Virus record (IMG/VR): IMGVR_UViG_3300033485_000040
Span: 1-41,504 of that record
DNA: 41,504 bases
Source of the DNA: a virus
Taxonomy: Duplodnaviria > Caudoviricetes
Reading direction: 5' to 3' (one strand)
Positions 7,904-17,369 of the stretch are shown piece after piece. Under the pieces are notes generated by a model. The model was not told the DNA's origin and made no database searches. It worked only from the letters and a program-made list of their open reading frames with translations. Positions within the stretch are counted from its first letter, which is position 1. Each line of letters opens with the position of its first letter. The translations under genes were made by a program, and so were the position numbers.

Positions 7904-8148
7904 AGCACAACCTCTATTGTCACCTTGGTTTTCTTTCCGACGAAAGACGACAGAGCGTGGTGGCTAATACTCGTTGGAATTGTGATTGCGAACAAAAGCT
8001 TTCCAACTCTTTCAAAAAACGCTCCCTGTTCAATTGGCATTTTGTCTGGCTCCGCGACAACAAATTCCGTCGCCCAATAGGTTGTAAACTCTTTTTTAAT
8101 ATTCTTGATGGCCCGCTCGTCCGCCACTACTCCAGTGCTGAATGACAT
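7900..8148 (-). CDS. Hypothetical protein
   Basis: AAGGAG RBS. Confidence 0.7.
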   Translation of the reverse strand: MSFSTGVVADERAIKNIKKEFTTYWATEFVVAEPDKMPIEQGAFFERVGKLLFAITIPTSISHHALSSFVGKKTKVTIEVVL

Positions 8149-8162
8149 TTTGCTCTCCTTGT

Positions 8163-8254
8163 TTTCTTTGGTTCAAATTGCGGGGCCTCTAGTATGCCGG
8201 GCGCCGTTCTAGTTAGGGCTTACCCCAAGCGGCCCCGCAATTTCAACCAAGAAA
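8163..8254 (-). ncRNA. Long stem-loop with branched loop (structured RNA or RNase III site candidate)
   Basis: Perfect 13-bp inverted repeat AAATTGCGGGGCC/GGCCCCGCAATTT, extended to about 23 bp with one mismatch and one bulge. Confidence 0.5.
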
Positions 8255-8276
8255 GAGGCGGCGCAAAAACGCCGCC
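8247..8276 (-). terminator. Intrinsic terminator after ssb
   Basis: GGCGGCG-TTTTTG-CGCCGCC hairpin followed by TCTTTCTT on the minus strand. Confidence 0.7.
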
Positions 8277-8285
8277 CCGTGAAAA

Positions 8286-8936
<651 letters not shown>

Positions 8937-8960
8937 AAAATTTTTCTCCTTTTTCGCTGT

Positions 8961-9125
8961 TTAAAAAATTATCATCTCATTACCGTTAGTGGTGCTGTCT
9001 GAGAGAATTTCGTCCTCGAACAAATTACGTTCGCCTTCTGGTTTTCTTCTTTTTCTTTTCTTTGCGCCATGAGGCTTCGCTCTCGCCTTCGCCTTCGTTT
9101 TTTGGCGTTTCCTCCTTTTGCCCAT
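8961..9125 (-). CDS. Very basic 54-aa protein overlapping the 3' end of the DUF2800 gene, not in ORF track
   Basis: AAGGA RBS then ATG; MGKRRKRQKTKAKARAKPHGAKKRKRRKPEGERNLFEDEILSDSTTNGNEMIIF; fills the gap to ssb. Confidence 0.55.
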   Translation of the reverse strand: MGKRRKRQKTKAKARAKPHGAKKRKRRKPEGERNLFEDEILSDSTTNGNEMIIF

Positions 9126-9876
9126 TTTTTCCTTTCTTTAATCTAAAAATTTCAACCGCCTTGTCCAATTTCGCCTCTCGTTTCAGCGGGCACCGCGTCT
9201 TTGCTTTGCACCAAAAACACCACTCGCCTTCTTTAAACTTGCGCGGGTTGCGTTCCACATTCAGCACGGCCTCACGAAATATTGGCTCATAGGCCCTAAG
9301 TTCTGAAATAGAAATTTCCCAGAACACCGGCCCGTCGTAACCTCTAATTCGTGGCTGAATTACCCAGAACCTCACACGTTTAAAATTCCAGCGATATAAA
9401 AAGGCAAGACCTAGCCCGTAAAAAATCATCTGCAGATTTTCCTTCGGACTAATTGTCTTCTGCCCGTACTTGTAGTCGAAAACGTGCAGAGTTCCGAAAT
9501 GATCCAAAATGGCGCCGTCAAAAGTGCCGAACATTTCCTCATGAATAAATTCCAGAAAAATTTTGGTTTCAATCAAAAGTTCTGCGGATTTCGCCATTTT
9601 TATCATAAACCGCGCGCTATCGAGCGCGTGCCGCATCATCTCGCGCGTGACTTCCTTATCGTCACGAAACAAATCCCTCAATCGAGAAACGGGAACATGA
9701 TTTAAAAGCGCGCGTATCGTTTTTTCCAGAACCTCGTGCGCCTTGGTGCCCGCTTTCGAATATTGATTTTCCCGGTCGGGAAGACCCTCCGATAGCTGAA
9801 CACTCCCGGGGCAATTGAACCATCGGGTGGCGGCACTGGCCGCAAATTTCGAATGCGCGCGCTTTTTGTGCTCCAT
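9025..9876 (-). CDS. DUF2800 Cas4-like PD-(D/E)XK exonuclease with Fe-S cysteines
   Basis: HSKFAASAATRWFNCPGS, GTKAH, FGTFD..DYKYG, NLQM, WCFWCKAKTRCP. Confidence 0.9.
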   Translation of the reverse strand: MEHKKRAHSKFAASAATRWFNCPGSVQLSEGLPDRENQYSKAGTKAHEVLEKTIRALLNHVPVSRLRDLFRDDKEVTREMMRHALDSARFMIKMAKSAELLIETKIFLEFIHEEMFGTFDGAILDHFGTLHVFDYKYGQKTISPKENLQMIFYGLGLAFLYRWNFKRVRFWVIQPRIRGYDGPVFWEISISELRAYEPIFREAVLNVERNPRKFKEGEWCFWCKAKTRCPLKREAKLDKAVEIFRLKKGKNGQKEETPKNEGEGESEASWRKEKKKKKTRRRT

Positions 9877-10379
9877 TATTCCTCTTTCATAACCCGAATT
9901 AGTTCGGCGTAGTCGCTTTCTTCAATTTCGGAAACAGATTCCGTTCCGAAATTTTCCTTAAGCAACGCCAACACTTCTTTCCGCCCTTTCTTTCCTCCGG
10001 CAGCGGCTCGCTCCTTACACGCATCATTGCAATCGTCAATGGTGAGCTTTTTGGCTTTGCCCTTTTTGGCGGGCTTGATGTCCTCTTCCTCCTCGTCGTC
10101 GTCATCAAAGGCTTTTGGTTTCTTGCCTTTGCCTTTGACGGGTTTGTCCTCCTCGTCTTCGTCGTTTTCGCTCTCTGTTTCTTCCGGGGCTTCCTCCTCG
10201 TCGTCGTCATCAAAGGCTTTTGGTTTCTTGCCTTTAGTGGGCTTGATGTCCTCTTCGTCGTCGTCGTCAGACACGACAGGGCCATTCAACGTTTCGAGTT
10301 TTGCGAGAGCCTTCTCTAAACGCTCAAGCCAGCTTTTACTCTCTGCACCAACTAGCAGCGCAATTTCCAATTTAGACAT
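9876..10379 (-). CDS. Replication-module protein with alternating acidic/basic repeats
   Basis: DDDDEEE/KGKKPK blocks; helical C-domain typical of the gene upstream of DUF2800. Confidence 0.8.
   Translation of the reverse strand: MSKLEIALLVGAESKSWLERLEKALAKLETLNGPVVSDDDDEEDIKPTKGKKPKAFDDDDEEEAPEETESENDEDEEDKPVKGKGKKPKAFDDDDEEEEDIKPAKKGKAKKLTIDDCNDACKERAAAGGKKGRKEVLALLKENFGTESVSEIEESDYAELIRVMKEE
10085..10235. repeat. 46-bp exact direct repeat (10085-10130 and 10190-10235)
   Basis: CTTCCTCCTCGTCGTCGTCATCAAAGGCTTTTGGTTTCTTGCCTTT occurs twice, in frame. Confidence 0.9.
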
Positions 10380-10701
10380 TTTTCTTTCTCCTTTTTCTGC
10401 GCCCTTTGTTGGGCGCGGTTTTTTGTCCAGAAGGACGTTTGTTTTTGATGTTCAGTAATTCACTTCGGCACTGGTACATAGGTGGCGGCAAAAGCAGTCT
10501 CTCTGTTTTGAACCAGTAATTGACCCCAAATAAATACTTGTAGAAATGTCTATCAACCCAATGAGAAGCAGGTTGCTCAATATCGAAATGAAGCGTATCG
10601 CAGAAAAAACAAAGAAACCTCAACCACCAAGGGGCGTCTGTAAGATAATGAAAGACAATCCCCCTGTTCGACCCGCGTTTATGTATAAAAAAGCGCGCCA
10701 T
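10372..10701 (-). CDS. Hypothetical protein
   Basis: GAGGGG RBS; packed in operon. Confidence 0.6.
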   Translation of the reverse strand: MARFFIHKRGSNRGIVFHYLTDAPWWLRFLCFFCDTLHFDIEQPASHWVDRHFYKYLFGVNYWFKTERLLLPPPMYQCRSELLNIKNKRPSGQKTAPNKGRRKRRKKNV

Positions 10702-10703
10702 TT

Positions 10704-10895
10704 TTAATGCCCCCTCTTTTTACTCGGCCCCGAAGGAATTTCGAAAGAATTTCGGACGCCAATTTGGGCAATTTCGACGCGAGCGCGGCTATCTGCTTTT
10801 ATGGCCTCAATTTTCATTCCGGTTATAAATGCCACAAAAACAGCTCCAATAAGAACGCCCCAAATAAAAGCGGAAGCTTCAATTTCAAATTTCAT
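10704..10895 (-). CDS. Small single-TM membrane protein
   Basis: Hydrophobic AFIWGVLIGAVFVAFI; ATGA overlap. Confidence 0.7.
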   Translation of the reverse strand: MKFEIEASAFIWGVLIGAVFVAFITGMKIEAIKADSRARVEIAQIGVRNSFEIPSGPSKKRGH

Positions 10896-11263
10896 TTCAG
10901 TTTCTCCGTTCCGTCCGTTCCGTAGGTAACCACGGGACCTAATGGCGGAAAAGTCCGCAATGGATTTGCAATAATCTCTACTAATCTGTTCAGAGTTAGA
11001 AGGTATTGCTCAATAATTTTTCTATGTTCTTCTACCCGAGGCTGTTCCGCCAACCAAACTTCGTGGCGCAATTCAGTTAGTCGATCCGCTTTTTCCGCCT
11101 TCGCTCTAATACCCGCCATTTGGGAGTCAACCCCGTCATAGATTTTCTTTAATTCTGCGTTCAATTCAATTCTTAAAATCTGAAATCTAGCCTCAATTTG
11201 TTGTTTAATAAATTCTTCCATTGGCACCCCCGCAGTCGTTTCGTCTTCCCTTTTGTCTTCCAT
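10892..11263 (-). CDS. Hypothetical coiled-coil protein
   Basis: GGAG RBS immediately after the helicase. Confidence 0.7.
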   Translation of the reverse strand: MEDKREDETTAGVPMEEFIKQQIEARFQILRIELNAELKKIYDGVDSQMAGIRAKAEKADRLTELRHEVWLAEQPRVEEHRKIIEQYLLTLNRLVEIIANPLRTFPPLGPVVTYGTDGTEKLK

Positions 11264-11264
11264 T

Positions 11265-12815
11265 TCAGTTTCTCCCTTCTATGATTTTTCTTACTCGTTT
11301 TTGTTTCACAAACAATTGTCTCATTACTGGTTCGTCCATTGAATGCGGAGCCACCAAATACTCGCATCTCACCGAAAGAGTTTGCGCCCGGCCCTTTCGG
11401 CTCGCTCTTTTTTCACATTGTTTATTAAGTTCATCAGTCCAACTCGGTTCGACGAAAAAAACGCGGTCGGCCTTCTGTAAATTGTTGCCCCGACCCATCG
11501 CCAAAATGTTGCCCACAATGCTCCGAATCCGCCCGCTCTGAAAATTGTCATATATCCGATTCCTTTCCTTCATCGCTGTGCCGCCTATGATAAGCGCGCT
11601 TTCTTTTAAGCCCTCGTGTAGCGCTTCCGCAACTTGTCTATGCCAAGCAAACACCAAAATTGACTCGTTTTCATCTTCCAGCCGCTCGCGCAGATACTTC
11701 AAGGCCCAAGGAACTTTCCGTAATCCCAGCTCTCTTCTAAATTTCGCTAGCTCCCCTCCGCAACTGTCTTCGCTCAAATCAGAAAACCTCAAATTCCCGA
11801 GGTTAGATTTTTCCCATTTCCTTTGCGTCAGCGACCTCACGTCCTCGCTCATAAACAACATTGAACGTAAACGTTCCGGGTGGTCCAGCTCATCTTCATT
11901 GACAACGTTCATGAAATTTCGGGTGAGTTTTCGATGTAATTCTTTTTCGTTACTTGAGCCACGATATTCCCACTGTCCGAATTCGTTACAAGTGGGGCCA
12001 CAATATATGTACCCAAAATCGTCTTGGTCCATGAAGTCAATTGTCTGAGGACTTAGCGCGAATGTGGGCGCCCAGATTTCCATAGGCCGGTTTGGAATTG
12101 GTGACCCATCGAGAAAAACCACGTGTGCGGCTTTTTGGAAAATACCTCTGAAGCTTTTCTCACCATTTGAACCGCCGTAAAAAGCGAGGCTTCTCTCTGA
12201 AAAGGCTTCCTTAAACCGGCTCGCTTCGTCAACCGCTATAAATTTTATTTTCTTTTTCTCGAGAATAAATTTTTGCACCCAATCGCGGGCTAACAATGAG
12301 TCGGGAACAATGACAATGTCGCTTCTCTGCGCCATGGTTTCTTTTTCGCTGCTCAGAGGCACAACCCCAACCGAAACCCAAACACCTAGTTTTTCAGTCC
12401 ACATGGAAATTTCTCGTTTCCAATTTTCGGTGAGCGAGGGGGGAACAATAAAAAAAGTGACGCCCGGGGCCTCGCACAGCAAACTTGCAATAATAGCTTG
12501 CGCTGTTTTTCCGGCCCCGGGCGCATGAGCGAGATATGAGCGCTTTCGGCTCAATATCCATTTGACACCGTCTCTTTGGTGGGGATCGAGAAAAGGAAGC
12601 GGCGGCAAATTTTTTGGCAGAGGTACTTTTTCATTGAGAGCGTGATTTAAAATCTTTTCTACAACTTCATCAGCACAGTGCCGGTATGTTACCGCCGCTC
12701 CCAAATTTTTTGTTTGATAAGCGCTGGGGCCGATTTTTTCCCAACGTTCGTCTGGCCGTGACGGGGCTCCTTTCAAAATAAACTCTGAGGTCTCGAAATT
12801 AAAAGAAATTTTCAT
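11265..12815 (-). CDS. SNF2/SF2 helicase-like ATPase
   Basis: Walker A PGAGKT, Walker B variant DEAS, GSPIPNRP, GRGNNLQ, QCEKRASRKG. Confidence 0.9.
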   Translation of the reverse strand: MKISFNFETSEFILKGAPSRPDERWEKIGPSAYQTKNLGAAVTYRHCADEVVEKILNHALNEKVPLPKNLPPLPFLDPHQRDGVKWILSRKRSYLAHAPGAGKTAQAIIASLLCEAPGVTFFIVPPSLTENWKREISMWTEKLGVWVSVGVVPLSSEKETMAQRSDIVIVPDSLLARDWVQKFILEKKKIKFIAVDEASRFKEAFSERSLAFYGGSNGEKSFRGIFQKAAHVVFLDGSPIPNRPMEIWAPTFALSPQTIDFMDQDDFGYIYCGPTCNEFGQWEYRGSSNEKELHRKLTRNFMNVVNEDELDHPERLRSMLFMSEDVRSLTQRKWEKSNLGNLRFSDLSEDSCGGELAKFRRELGLRKVPWALKYLRERLEDENESILVFAWHRQVAEALHEGLKESALIIGGTAMKERNRIYDNFQSGRIRSIVGNILAMGRGNNLQKADRVFFVEPSWTDELNKQCEKRASRKGRAQTLSVRCEYLVAPHSMDEPVMRQLFVKQKRVRKIIEGRN

Positions 12816-12856
12816 GAGCTTCCAAATTTACGCGGTTAACAAAATTTTTTCTCGCC

Positions 12857-12892
12857 TTGCCAAGCTTTATTTTTTGCCTATTATTGTGTCAA
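12857..12892. promoter_or_regulatory. Overlapping divergent sigma70-like promoters
   Basis: Plus strand: TTGCCA-16-TATTAT (12857-12884); minus strand: TTGACA at 12892-12887 with a weak -10; lies at the strand switch. Confidence 0.55.
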
Positions 12893-12925
12893 CGCTAAAA
12901 TCTTTATCACAAAGGAAAACAGGAA

Positions 12926-13150
12926 ATGACGCAAAAACTCAGACGAAGAAAACCCCTGACACTTGTCGATTGGATCAATGAAACCGGGGTTTTAAAAGTG
13001 TCAAAATTATTAAGTGTCGAACAGAGCACTGTGCGTCATTGGCGTTGCGGCCATTGTCTCCCCCGCACTGATCAGATGCGCGCAATAAAAAAATTGTCGC
13101 ATGGGCGCGTTGGCTATGACGAAATCATTGACGGCGGGGTGCAGGCATGA
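12926..13150 (+). CDS. Cro-like HTH regulator
   Basis: KVSKLLSVEQSTVRHWRCGHCLP...IKKLSHGRV pattern; upstream of the primase. Confidence 0.8.
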   Translation: MTQKLRRRKPLTLVDWINETGVLKVSKLLSVEQSTVRHWRCGHCLPRTDQMRAIKKLSHGRVGYDEIIDGGVQA

Positions 13151-15504
13151 AAAGGGCACCAAATTCAAGGGTTTTCCAGAGCGCCACATATAAAGAGGCG
13201 CGGCGCCTTTACAAACTAGGGCTTGCAATACATTGGCTTCACCCAAAAAGCAAAATTCCAATTGAGAGCGGGTGGGGGACGGGCGAGAGAAAAAGTTGGG
13301 GATACCTAACAGAGACATATATAGAGGGCCTTAACCTCGGCGTGCGACTTGGAACCCCATCAAAACTTAGTGGCAAGTTTCTTGCCGTCATCGACGTTGA
13401 TGTTAAGTCGAAAAGCCCTCACCATTTGAAGGAAGCTCTAGCGGCTGTGCGAAAAATGGTTGAGCCGGAAGATTTGCCAATGGTGAAAAGCGGGCGCGGC
13501 AATGGATCTAGGCACTATTATTGTCTCACTGAAAAGCCTTTTAAAACCTTCAATCCGTTTGTCAGTGAGGAAAAGGTTCGAGTGCGTTCGCCCAGTAAAA
13601 AACCAAGCAAGAAAGAAATTGAGGAACTAGGCGAAGTCGAAATCGCAAAGGGCACCCGTATTGCCAATGCTTGGGAAATTTCACTTTACAGTGACGGGCG
13701 ACAAGTTGTGCTACCGCCTTCAATTCACCCCGACAGTGGCGAGCAATATGTATGGCAACGAATTTTAAAAGACACTGAAAGCCTGAAGGTTGTCTCTTTC
13801 GATGCTTTCATAGGGGGAGAAAAGGCCGGGGTCAAGAAAGGGGAACTAGAGGGTTTTGTTCCGGTTGGCGATATTGATCTTGAGTGGCTTCCAATTTCTC
13901 ATGAGATGAGGAGGGCAATAAAAAATGGTGAGGGGGTGAATGATCGGTCCGGCTTTTTATTGAAGGCGTCCACGGCACTACTGAGTGCGGGCCTTGATAG
14001 AAACGAGGCGCTTAGTGTCCTAACCGACAAAAAATATTTTTTAGGGGCCGTGGGATTTGAACACGCGCAGACAACAAATAGAGCAAAAGCCGCCGCATGG
14101 GTATATAAGTACACCTTCGCGCGGGTTGAAGAGGAAAGAAATCCGGCCAAAATTTTTGGCGGAAAGCCATTTAAGGAAAGCCGGAAAATAAGTGAAGAGG
14201 AAAAAGAGGCCAATGCCGAGGAACTAGCCGGTGATTCGTGGCGGCATGATCTAGACCGCACCGAGAAGGGAAAAACGCGCGCTACTTTAAAAAATATTGA
14301 CCTCATTTTCTCGAACAAAATGAAGGGCGAGGTTTTCAAAAAAGATTTGTTCGCCAACCGAACAAGCTACGGAGTTAATACGCCGTGGGGTGGAAAGGCG
14401 GGCGAATATTTGACAGACGTTGACCTTATATTAGTAAAGCGCTGGCTCGCTGACACCGAATTTGGCATTGAGCCCGCCACGGCAGCAATATTAGAAGGGA
14501 CTAGTTTAATTGCGCACCGGTATAGAACGCACCCGGTGAGAGAGTGGCTAACAAGTTTGAAGTGGGACGGGGTTTCGCGCATCGGCTCATGGCTAAAAGA
14601 TTGTTGTGAAGCCGAAGCGGCGGAACCGTATTTGTCGGAAATTAGCAAGCTTTTTCTATTAGCCATGGTGAAAAGGGTTTTTGAGCCCGGTTGTCAATGG
14701 GATTACGTTTTGATCTTAGAGGGTGAGCAGGGCAAATATAAATCGTCAATTGCTCGCGCCATTGCTAGCGACAAATGGTTCATGGATAACCTCCCCGACC
14801 TCAAAGACAAAGACGCAATGTTAAACTTACAGGGAAAATGGCTCATTGAACTAGGCGAATTAACGAGCATTAAGCGAACTGATTTTAACCAGGTTAAGGC
14901 GTACCTCGTGCGCCGCTACGATAACGTGCGCCCTCATTATGGGCGCATTACCGAGGACGTGCCGAGACAAAGCGTTTTCATTGGCACCGTCAACGAGGGC
15001 GAGTATCTGAAAGACCCAACGGGCAATCGCCGCTATTGGCCGGTAAAGGTTGGCGAATGCAACGTTGATAAGCTGAAAGGCATTCGCGACCAATTATTTG
15101 CCGAAACAATGCACGTTTACCAAAACGAAAACCCTATTCTCATGTTAGGCAAAGCGGCAACCGCGCAAGCGCACGAGGCCCAAGAGGACCGCCGAGTTGA
15201 CGACGATGAAAGCGAAATGCGCGAGGCTTTGCTTGAATTTATGGGCGCCGAGGGGGGCAAAAATTTCGACTTTTCGCGGTTCAAAACTAAGCAATTATTT
15301 GTTGGTCCTTTCGCGCCTTGGGGGCGTTGGGCGGACAAAGGTTGGTGCCTACAAATTGCGTCTCAAATTTTGCGCAAATTAGGCTTTGAAAAATCGAAAA
15401 TAAAAGGGCAACGAATTTGGCAAAAAAGCCGAAATTGGTCGGAAAATGGGGGGCACGGGGGGCAGGGGTCAAAAATTGAGGAAATCGAAAATGACTTTTT
15501 TTAG
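13147..15504 (+). CDS. Bifunctional primase-polymerase fused to a VirE/VapE-type P-loop helicase
   Basis: N-terminal NLGV, VIDVD, SGRGNGSRHYY, VVLPPSIHP; C-terminal HPVREW, GEQGKYKS, WLIELGEL, DPTGNRRYWP. Confidence 0.92.
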   Translation: MKRAPNSRVFQSATYKEARRLYKLGLAIHWLHPKSKIPIESGWGTGERKSWGYLTETYIEGLNLGVRLGTPSKLSGKFLAVIDVDVKSKSPHHLKEALAAVRKMVEPEDLPMVKSGRGNGSRHYYCLTEKPFKTFNPFVSEEKVRVRSPSKKPSKKEIEELGEVEIAKGTRIANAWEISLYSDGRQVVLPPSIHPDSGEQYVWQRILKDTESLKVVSFDAFIGGEKAGVKKGELEGFVPVGDIDLEWLPISHEMRRAIKNGEGVNDRSGFLLKASTALLSAGLDRNEALSVLTDKKYFLGAVGFEHAQTTNRAKAAAWVYKYTFARVEEERNPAKIFGGKPFKESRKISEEEKEANAEELAGDSWRHDLDRTEKGKTRATLKNIDLIFSNKMKGEVFKKDLFANRTSYGVNTPWGGKAGEYLTDVDLILVKRWLADTEFGIEPATAAILEGTSLIAHRYRTHPVREWLTSLKWDGVSRIGSWLKDCCEAEAAEPYLSEISKLFLLAMVKRVFEPGCQWDYVLILEGEQGKYKSSIARAIASDKWFMDNLPDLKDKDAMLNLQGKWLIELGELTSIKRTDFNQVKAYLVRRYDNVRPHYGRITEDVPRQSVFIGTVNEGEYLKDPTGNRRYWPVKVGECNVDKLKGIRDQLFAETMHVYQNENPILMLGKAATAQAHEAQEDRRVDDDESEMREALLEFMGAEGGKNFDFSRFKTKQLFVGPFAPWGRWADKGWCLQIASQILRKLGFEKSKIKGQRIWQKSRNWSENGGHGGQGSKIEEIENDFF

Positions 15505-15730
15505 GGGCAGGGGGGGCACTAGGGGGGCATATTACTTTTTAGGAGTGTGCCCCCCACGTTTTCAGAGGGGGAAATCACCAAAGGGGGCAGGGGGGGCATA
15601 TTTTTCTATTAGTAAGGTTTATAATACTAAAATAGGGTAAAAATAGGCGAAAAACGGGCCTGCGCACGAGCCCGCGCGAGAGATTCCTAAAGACTCTATA
15701 AGAGGGGGGTGCCCCCCGCCCCCCCTGCCC
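15448..15730. repeat. G-rich iteron-like repeats, probable replication origin
   Basis: Seven G4-7CA units on + and inverted TGCCCCCC copies at 15548 and 15710, around an AT-rich stretch at 15600-15645. Confidence 0.7.
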
Positions 15731-15789
15731 AAACCAGAAATTAAGGTAAAAGTCGGGTAAAATTTTAGACAAAAAAGAGGGGCCAAAAA

Positions 15790-16113
15790 ATGGCAAAGAA
15801 AAAGGTTGAAAAAGTTGACGGTTTGGGGCCAAAAGAAATCGCACAAATAAGGGTCGCTTTGCGAAAAGTTTGGTCCTGGTCTCACGCGCGCCGTTTGGTG
15901 ATAAAAAGGTGCGAAGGAAAAGGCGGTTTTAGTTTTTGCGAGAAATGCAAAAAGCGAGCGCCGAAAATATTTGTTGACCACCTAAAAAAGTGTGGTGAGG
16001 TTGACGACGGGTATATTAGGCGGCTTTTTGTTTCGTCGGATAAAATGCAGGGGCTCTGTAATAAGTGCCACAACAAAAAAACGAAATGGGAAAAAGAAAA
16101 GGATTTTTATTGA
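15790..16113 (+). CDS. HNH endonuclease (T7 gp7.7-like layout)
   Basis: CEKC...VDH...RLF...QGLCNKCHNKKT. Confidence 0.85.
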   Translation: MAKKKVEKVDGLGPKEIAQIRVALRKVWSWSHARRLVIKRCEGKGGFSFCEKCKKRAPKIFVDHLKKCGEVDDGYIRRLFVSSDKMQGLCNKCHNKKTKWEKEKDFY

Positions 16114-16164
16114 CAACTGTTTTTGGTTTTGAGATATGCCCGGCCCTAACAGAAAGGAAAATTT

Positions 16165-16431
16165 ATGTTTAATGATATTTTTAATCAACGCATAGGCAAG
16201 TTGGTTGTCGATTTGAGGAATGCGAAGGGTATTAGCCAAAAGAGTTTGGCGGACAGACTAAAGTTTTCGGCCCAGTTTATGGGCCGTATCGAAAAAGGGG
16301 TTGCACGGTTTCCAAAGCCATCATTAAAGCGCGTAGCGCGAATCCTGAACATTTCGCCTCAAACGGTCGAAAGAATTGCGGGTGAATCGGCATTGGCCTA
16401 CGCGAAAATTGTGATGGAAGGTAGGAGGTAA
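16165..16431 (+). CDS. XRE-family HTH regulator
   Basis: ISQKSLADRLKFSAQFMGRIEKG; TTGACA at 16110 upstream. Confidence 0.85.
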   Translation: MFNDIFNQRIGKLVVDLRNAKGISQKSLADRLKFSAQFMGRIEKGVARFPKPSLKRVARILNISPQTVERIAGESALAYAKIVMEGRR

Positions 16432-16435
16432 ATAG

Positions 16436-17344
16436 ATGGGCGCCGTAGTTGTCATAGGTTTTTTCGCACTGATAGCTTTTATTGTCAGAGAAATTTTTGC
16501 GTACCGAAAGGTTAAACTTGATTCCGATATGCAAAAAGAAATCGAAAATTTAACAAAGGAGAATGATATGCTAAAGACTTCACTTAAATTGGCTTTATTT
16601 ATCGTACTAGGTCTCGGTTTGCAAGCTTGCGGTTTTGAACAAGTTGATGAGGGTTATCGCGGTGTAAAAACAGTATGGGGTCGGGTTGAGGGCGAAGCTC
16701 TAACCCCCGGTCTTTATTTTTACAATCCGGTTTCTAGCTCAATTTTTGAGATGAGCGTGAAAGAGGAGAAATGGGAATTTAAAACCGCAGCGTTTACTAA
16801 AGACACACAAACGGTGACGGTGGAAATTATGATTACCTACTACCCGGAGCAAACAGCAATTCAGGCAATCTATTCCCAATTCGGACGTGACTGGTCTGAA
16901 AAAATATTAGCTCCCGTTGTTCTGGGCTCCCTTAAGGATTCAATTGGGCAATATGTTGCTGACGATTTGGTAAACAAACGCGAGGCCGTAAAAAAAGCGG
17001 CGGAGTTGGAAATAAGAAATGCTCTTACCGCAAAAAAGGTCAACGTGACCGGACTTAATATAACCAATTTAGACTTCGACGATGCCTACGAAAAAGCCGT
17101 TGAGGACAAGGTTATAGCCTCGCAAAGAGCAATTGAGGCAAAAAATAAATCGGTTCAAGTCAGTGAGGAGAGCAAACAGGTAGTTATGCGTGCGCAGGCC
17201 GAGGCAGAAAGTATGAAAATCAGGGCGCAGGCTTTGAGTCAAAACAAAGCGTTGGTGGAATATGAAGCCGTTCAGAAGTGGAATGGTGTTTTGCCGCAAT
17301 ACCAATTTGGCAGCTCGACGCCTTTTATCAATCTTTCGAAATAG
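16436..17344 (+). CDS. SPFH/prohibitin (band 7) membrane protein; internal start at 16568 gives a lipoprotein-like form
   Basis: GYRGVKTVWG, PGLYFYNP, AFTKDTQ, AQAEAES, EAVQKWNGVLP. Confidence 0.9.
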   Translation: MGAVVVIGFFALIAFIVREIFAYRKVKLDSDMQKEIENLTKENDMLKTSLKLALFIVLGLGLQACGFEQVDEGYRGVKTVWGRVEGEALTPGLYFYNPVSSSIFEMSVKEEKWEFKTAAFTKDTQTVTVEIMITYYPEQTAIQAIYSQFGRDWSEKILAPVVLGSLKDSIGQYVADDLVNKREAVKKAAELEIRNALTAKKVNVTGLNITNLDFDDAYEKAVEDKVIASQRAIEAKNKSVQVSEESKQVVMRAQAEAESMKIRAQALSQNKALVEYEAVQKWNGVLPQYQFGSSTPFINLSK

Positions 17345-17369
17345 GGCCGCTAACCGGCGTTATGTGGAA

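Noticed and set aside
8163-8254. tRNA or hammerhead ribozyme
   Set aside because: No T-loop/D-loop cloverleaf and no CUGAUGA catalytic core; kept only as an unclassified structure
9025-9876. Cas4-like protein as a sign of a CRISPR system
   Set aside because: No repeat-spacer array or other cas genes; DUF2800 is a standard member of this replication module
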